From: Eledone cirrhosa
Lineage: Eukaryota
Assembly (NCBI GenBank): GCA_964016885.1
Contig: OZ024753.1
Coordinates: 7,130,001-7,194,000, forward strand
Length of the DNA: 64,000 bases
Direction: 5' to 3'
Shown: in pieces, positions 60,213 through 64,000 of the stretch
Layout of the letters: each line of letters starts with the position of its first letter
How positions within the stretch are numbered: position 1 is the stretch's first letter
The notes under the pieces: model-generated
What the model saw: only the letters and a program-made list of their open reading frames with translations
Told to the model about the DNA's origin: nothing
Database searches by the model: none
Program-made: the position numbers and the translations under genes

Positions 60213-60435
60213 ATTTATTAAAATATCAGATTAAAGTTTTAAGCAAAGAATCGGTGCTTTAACCCTTAACGGGATCTTCTGAAACTAAAAAGTTAATCTG
60301 TGTACGCAGGAGTAAATATTTCAAAAAACCTATGTTCTTTGTAAAAATATTCAGGTGTTTTATTCTGCATGATGAATATAAGTCAATAGAGTGCTCAATA
60401 CATACTGTAGTAAACGTTTGGTAGAAAAATCCAAG

Positions 60436-60437
<2 letters not shown>
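60213..60437 (-). mobile_element. Family B copy with upstream body, lacking the tail
   Basis: Minus strand agttt-CAGAAGA-tcccgttaagggt-taaa-gca..tgc-tt-aaaact; ends at the same aataaat|ata point. Confidence 0.75.
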
Positions 60438-60489
<52 letters not shown>

Positions 60490-60539
60490 CACACACACAC
60501 AACCCACAAGCGCTTGGCGCCGGAATCGGGATATTACAT

Positions 60540-60589
<50 letters not shown>

Positions 60590-60906
60590 GAAAAGTATAG
60601 AAATTATTGTGAGCGTGAAGCCAACAGTATTTCATAATATATAAGTGACTATAACGTCAAAATGGAAAAATAGTTAACGTAACAAGATGTGGGGAAATAA
60701 TTCAAACTCAATAATAAAAAAAATCAAGACATAGATTAATCCATAGAATTTTGTGAAGTCCAGGGAAAAATCAATAGAGCCTTAACTCAGAATAAAATAA
60801 AGCTTCAATACTCATCCTTAAATCAAAGGTATATGTTGTGTTGGAAACACGAAATAGTCTCTTACAATTGAATAGCTCAAAGAAGGAGGTTTTTCTGAGC
60901 CGTGCA

Positions 60907-61403
60907 ATATAATTGAATATAAAAGAGAGATAAACACAAATATAAACATACATGTGCTCAGATTGTAAGGGACCAAGTTCGCTAGGGTGAAATAATACTA
61001 ACTATTAACAATATGGTTTGCCAGACTCAATTTAAAATAATAAATCAAGAAAAAGAATAACAAACCTAGTTGGGCAACTGCCTGAACACCCAGGCAGCTT
61101 TGGTTGGCTGTTTCGTAATTTTAGCGAAGGAAATTACCAATTCTTTGCTCATCAGTCGATGTAAAATTAGTAATCCCTTCATTTTAAATATCTCAAAAGA
61201 CTGAATAGTGTGCTAATATAAAATAACGCACATGGCATCAGAACCTAGCGTGTCTCATAAACGTACGCTACTAAAAATAGCAGCCAAGTTTACACGATAT
61301 TCAAATCAGCTCGACAAACTTTGAAGGAGTCGAATATGACTTGGTCACTTACGATTTGAACACATGTATTTTTATATCTGTGTTTATCTCTATTTTATAT
61401 TCC

Positions 61404-61410
<7 letters not shown>
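60907..61410. mobile_element. Element with ~55-bp diverged inverted termini and a weak internal HHR-like motif (minus strand ~61080-61160)
   Basis: atataat.gaatataaaa.agagataaacaca..acatgtg.tca and its reverse complement; CTGATGA..GAAA-cagc..gctg. Confidence 0.6.
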
Positions 61411-61435
<25 letters not shown>

Positions 61436-61437
<2 letters not shown>

Positions 61438-61620
61438 AACCAGTAAGACCCCGACAGCTGAGCTCAAGCCGTTTCGACGGCTAATTCAGAATTAGCCGTC
61501 GAAACGGCTTGAGCTCAGCTGTCGGGGTCTTACTGGTTCCTATTACCCACTCTACTACCTCAAGTATTGAGTACTTTGGTGCGTTATGGTCCACCTGGTT
61601 CCTTACCACATTTCCTTCGT
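61436..61620 (+). mobile_element. Family A fold-back, near-identical to 3999-4183
   Basis: Differs only at the centre base and one tail base. Confidence 0.88.
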
Positions 61621-61653
<33 letters not shown>

Positions 61654-61891
61654 ACATAATTTAGAGTTTACACGCAATGGGGTCATTTACAATTATTTTA
61701 GCTCTAAGAATCATTTCTGAGCAGTATAAATTAATATATGATAAACACTTACGTGTTTTTGTTGTAATTGACAATAAAATAGCTAGAATGAAATATATTA
61801 ATTCAAATACATATAGTCTGCCTGTGTCGATCTAAAAAATAATAAATCAATACTCACAATATATATATATATATATGAATATATATATATA

Positions 61892-61993
61892 AGCTTAAGC
61901 TCTGCCGTCGGGGTTTTGAACAGTCTCCTACCTTAATTATTGAGTACTGTGGTGCGTTATGGTCCTTCTGGTTGCTTACCACACTACCTTCGT
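61892..61993 (+). mobile_element. Family A diverged linear fragment
   Basis: gctctgccgtcgggg..ggtgcgttatggtcc..ccttcgt-(TA). Confidence 0.75.
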
Positions 61994-62169
61994 TATATGT
62001 ATATATAAAGATAAAACTATATCCATCACGGGTAAACAATACGCTCTCTCTTCGACAGATTTGATTTGGCTCTTTATTTAACCTCATACTTGAGCACGAT
62101 AAAAATATTTACGACCATCACTGACGGTGCGAATACACAGATAGATATGTGTGTTTGTTTGAATATAAC

Positions 62170-62257
<88 letters not shown>

Positions 62258-62312
62258 GATGTGTATATGTATATATATATATTTATATTTGTACGTATAT
62301 ATATATATAATG

Positions 62313-62347
<35 letters not shown>

Positions 62348-62373
62348 CATATATATATGAGTGTGTGTGTGTG

Positions 62374-62435
<62 letters not shown>

Positions 62436-62524
62436 GGCGGGTGTATCCGTATGAGTATGGGTATACGCCTGTGCGTTTGTAAGTATTTCTGTATATATAA
62501 TACATTGTTTGCTTGTTTATGTGC

Positions 62525-62598
<74 letters not shown>

Positions 62599-62726
62599 AT
62601 ATATATATACATATATACATATATACATATATATACATATATATATACATATATACATATATATATACACACATATATATACATACATATATATACATAT
62701 ATACATATATATACACACATATATAT

Positions 62727-62790
<64 letters not shown>

Positions 62791-63239
62791 TAATATACAT
62801 ATATATATATATAGATATATTTGTATCAAAAAGACATGGTGGTGGTGGGGGGGGGGGGGCACTTGATTTCCACAAAGTCGGGAACTGCAAAGGCGCAGTT
62901 ATCTAGAACACATTTTACGAATAAGCTTTGAAGTTTAAACAATATAAGCGATGATATATATTGGATGAAGGAACCGAATCAAAGAAAATGGACAGCTTTA
63001 TCTGATATTTGGATATTAAAGAAATGGATATTGAACAAAAGAAAATCTGGTGGAATAGAAACGGAGATATTGTATGGTATGCTTGGCTGAGAGGATTCTG
63101 AGCTGAACCATATTTAAGCGCACAGCTAATAAAAAGGATACAGAGCACTTGAAAGAAGAGTAAAAATGGTTATAAATATATGCATGCACACAAGAACCTG
63201 CACAAGACCGCGTGCACACGATGTAGTCTCATGTACATG

Positions 63240-63270
<31 letters not shown>

Positions 63271-63324
63271 GTATGTAGGTGTATATATATATATGTAGGT
63301 ATATATATATATATATGTATATGT

Positions 63325-63460
<136 letters not shown>

Positions 63461-63541
63461 ATATATACATGTGTGCGTAAATGTTGTTTGCGTTTATGGA
63501 TATATGGAAGCAGCTTTTCTTTTGAATATATAAGTACACAT

Positions 63542-63598
<57 letters not shown>

Positions 63599-64000
63599 CT
63601 CTCCCCCTCTCTCTCACCCTCTCGCTCCCCCCCTCTCTCTCTCTTTGTGTGTAGGTGGGTGTCTTTAAATACTTATTGGTATTAAAACGCGAGAGAACAC
63701 TTCTCAATACATATTTTAGGCTTCATAAATAAGCATAAAGTATTGCATTTGCACCTGTGTTCAGATTTCACACACACACACACACACACACACAGGTAAA
63801 ACATATTATAGTCTACTCATGGATGTTTGGCTTGTATCACTACTCCACACTGGTACAAATCTCCCTAAACTTGTATAAAAGTTTACGTTGCTTTTAGATT
63901 TTGTTTTATTTAGTTATTTACTCACTTTTAACACACATACGTACAACGTTTAGATATACCTGTATGTTTCATCACCTCACATCGATGTTCATTTATGTCT

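Noticed and set aside
62860-63170. Possible L1/Tx1 3' fragment
   Set aside because: Only a vague W..RN resemblance with multiple stops

Overview
AT-rich, extremely microsatellite-dense eukaryotic intronic/intergenic DNA. The dominant Nin/Deu-domain tRNA-SINE resembles, from memory, octopod cephalopod SINEs; this is not verified. There is no intact protein-coding gene, and nearly all track ORFs are (TA)n/(CA)n/(TAG)n artefacts. Conventional content: about 25 SINE copies or fragments, 5'-truncated R4/Dong-type RLE LINEs in (TAA)n and (TACA)n, RTE fragments, Tc1/pogo- and hAT-type MITEs, and several minisatellites. The hidden system is that many short unique islands inside (TA)n tracts are ends of Penelope-like retroelements (PLEs). 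About 10 type I hammerhead ribozymes (HHRs) have an intact CUGANGA/GAAA/NUH core and about 10 more are degenerate or halved; they belong to many unrelated families. Many share one fold-back architecture: (TA)n, a short inverted arm, a turn inside or near the ribozyme, a long arm plus a 70-90 nt tail, then (TA)n. Endpoints are fixed across copies and one family shows a flip/flop centre base. One fold-back turns inside a tRNA-like head (candidate PLE-mobilised SINE). One ~250-nt imperfect rod carries HHR-like motifs on both strands. All folds were read by eye and none was computed.
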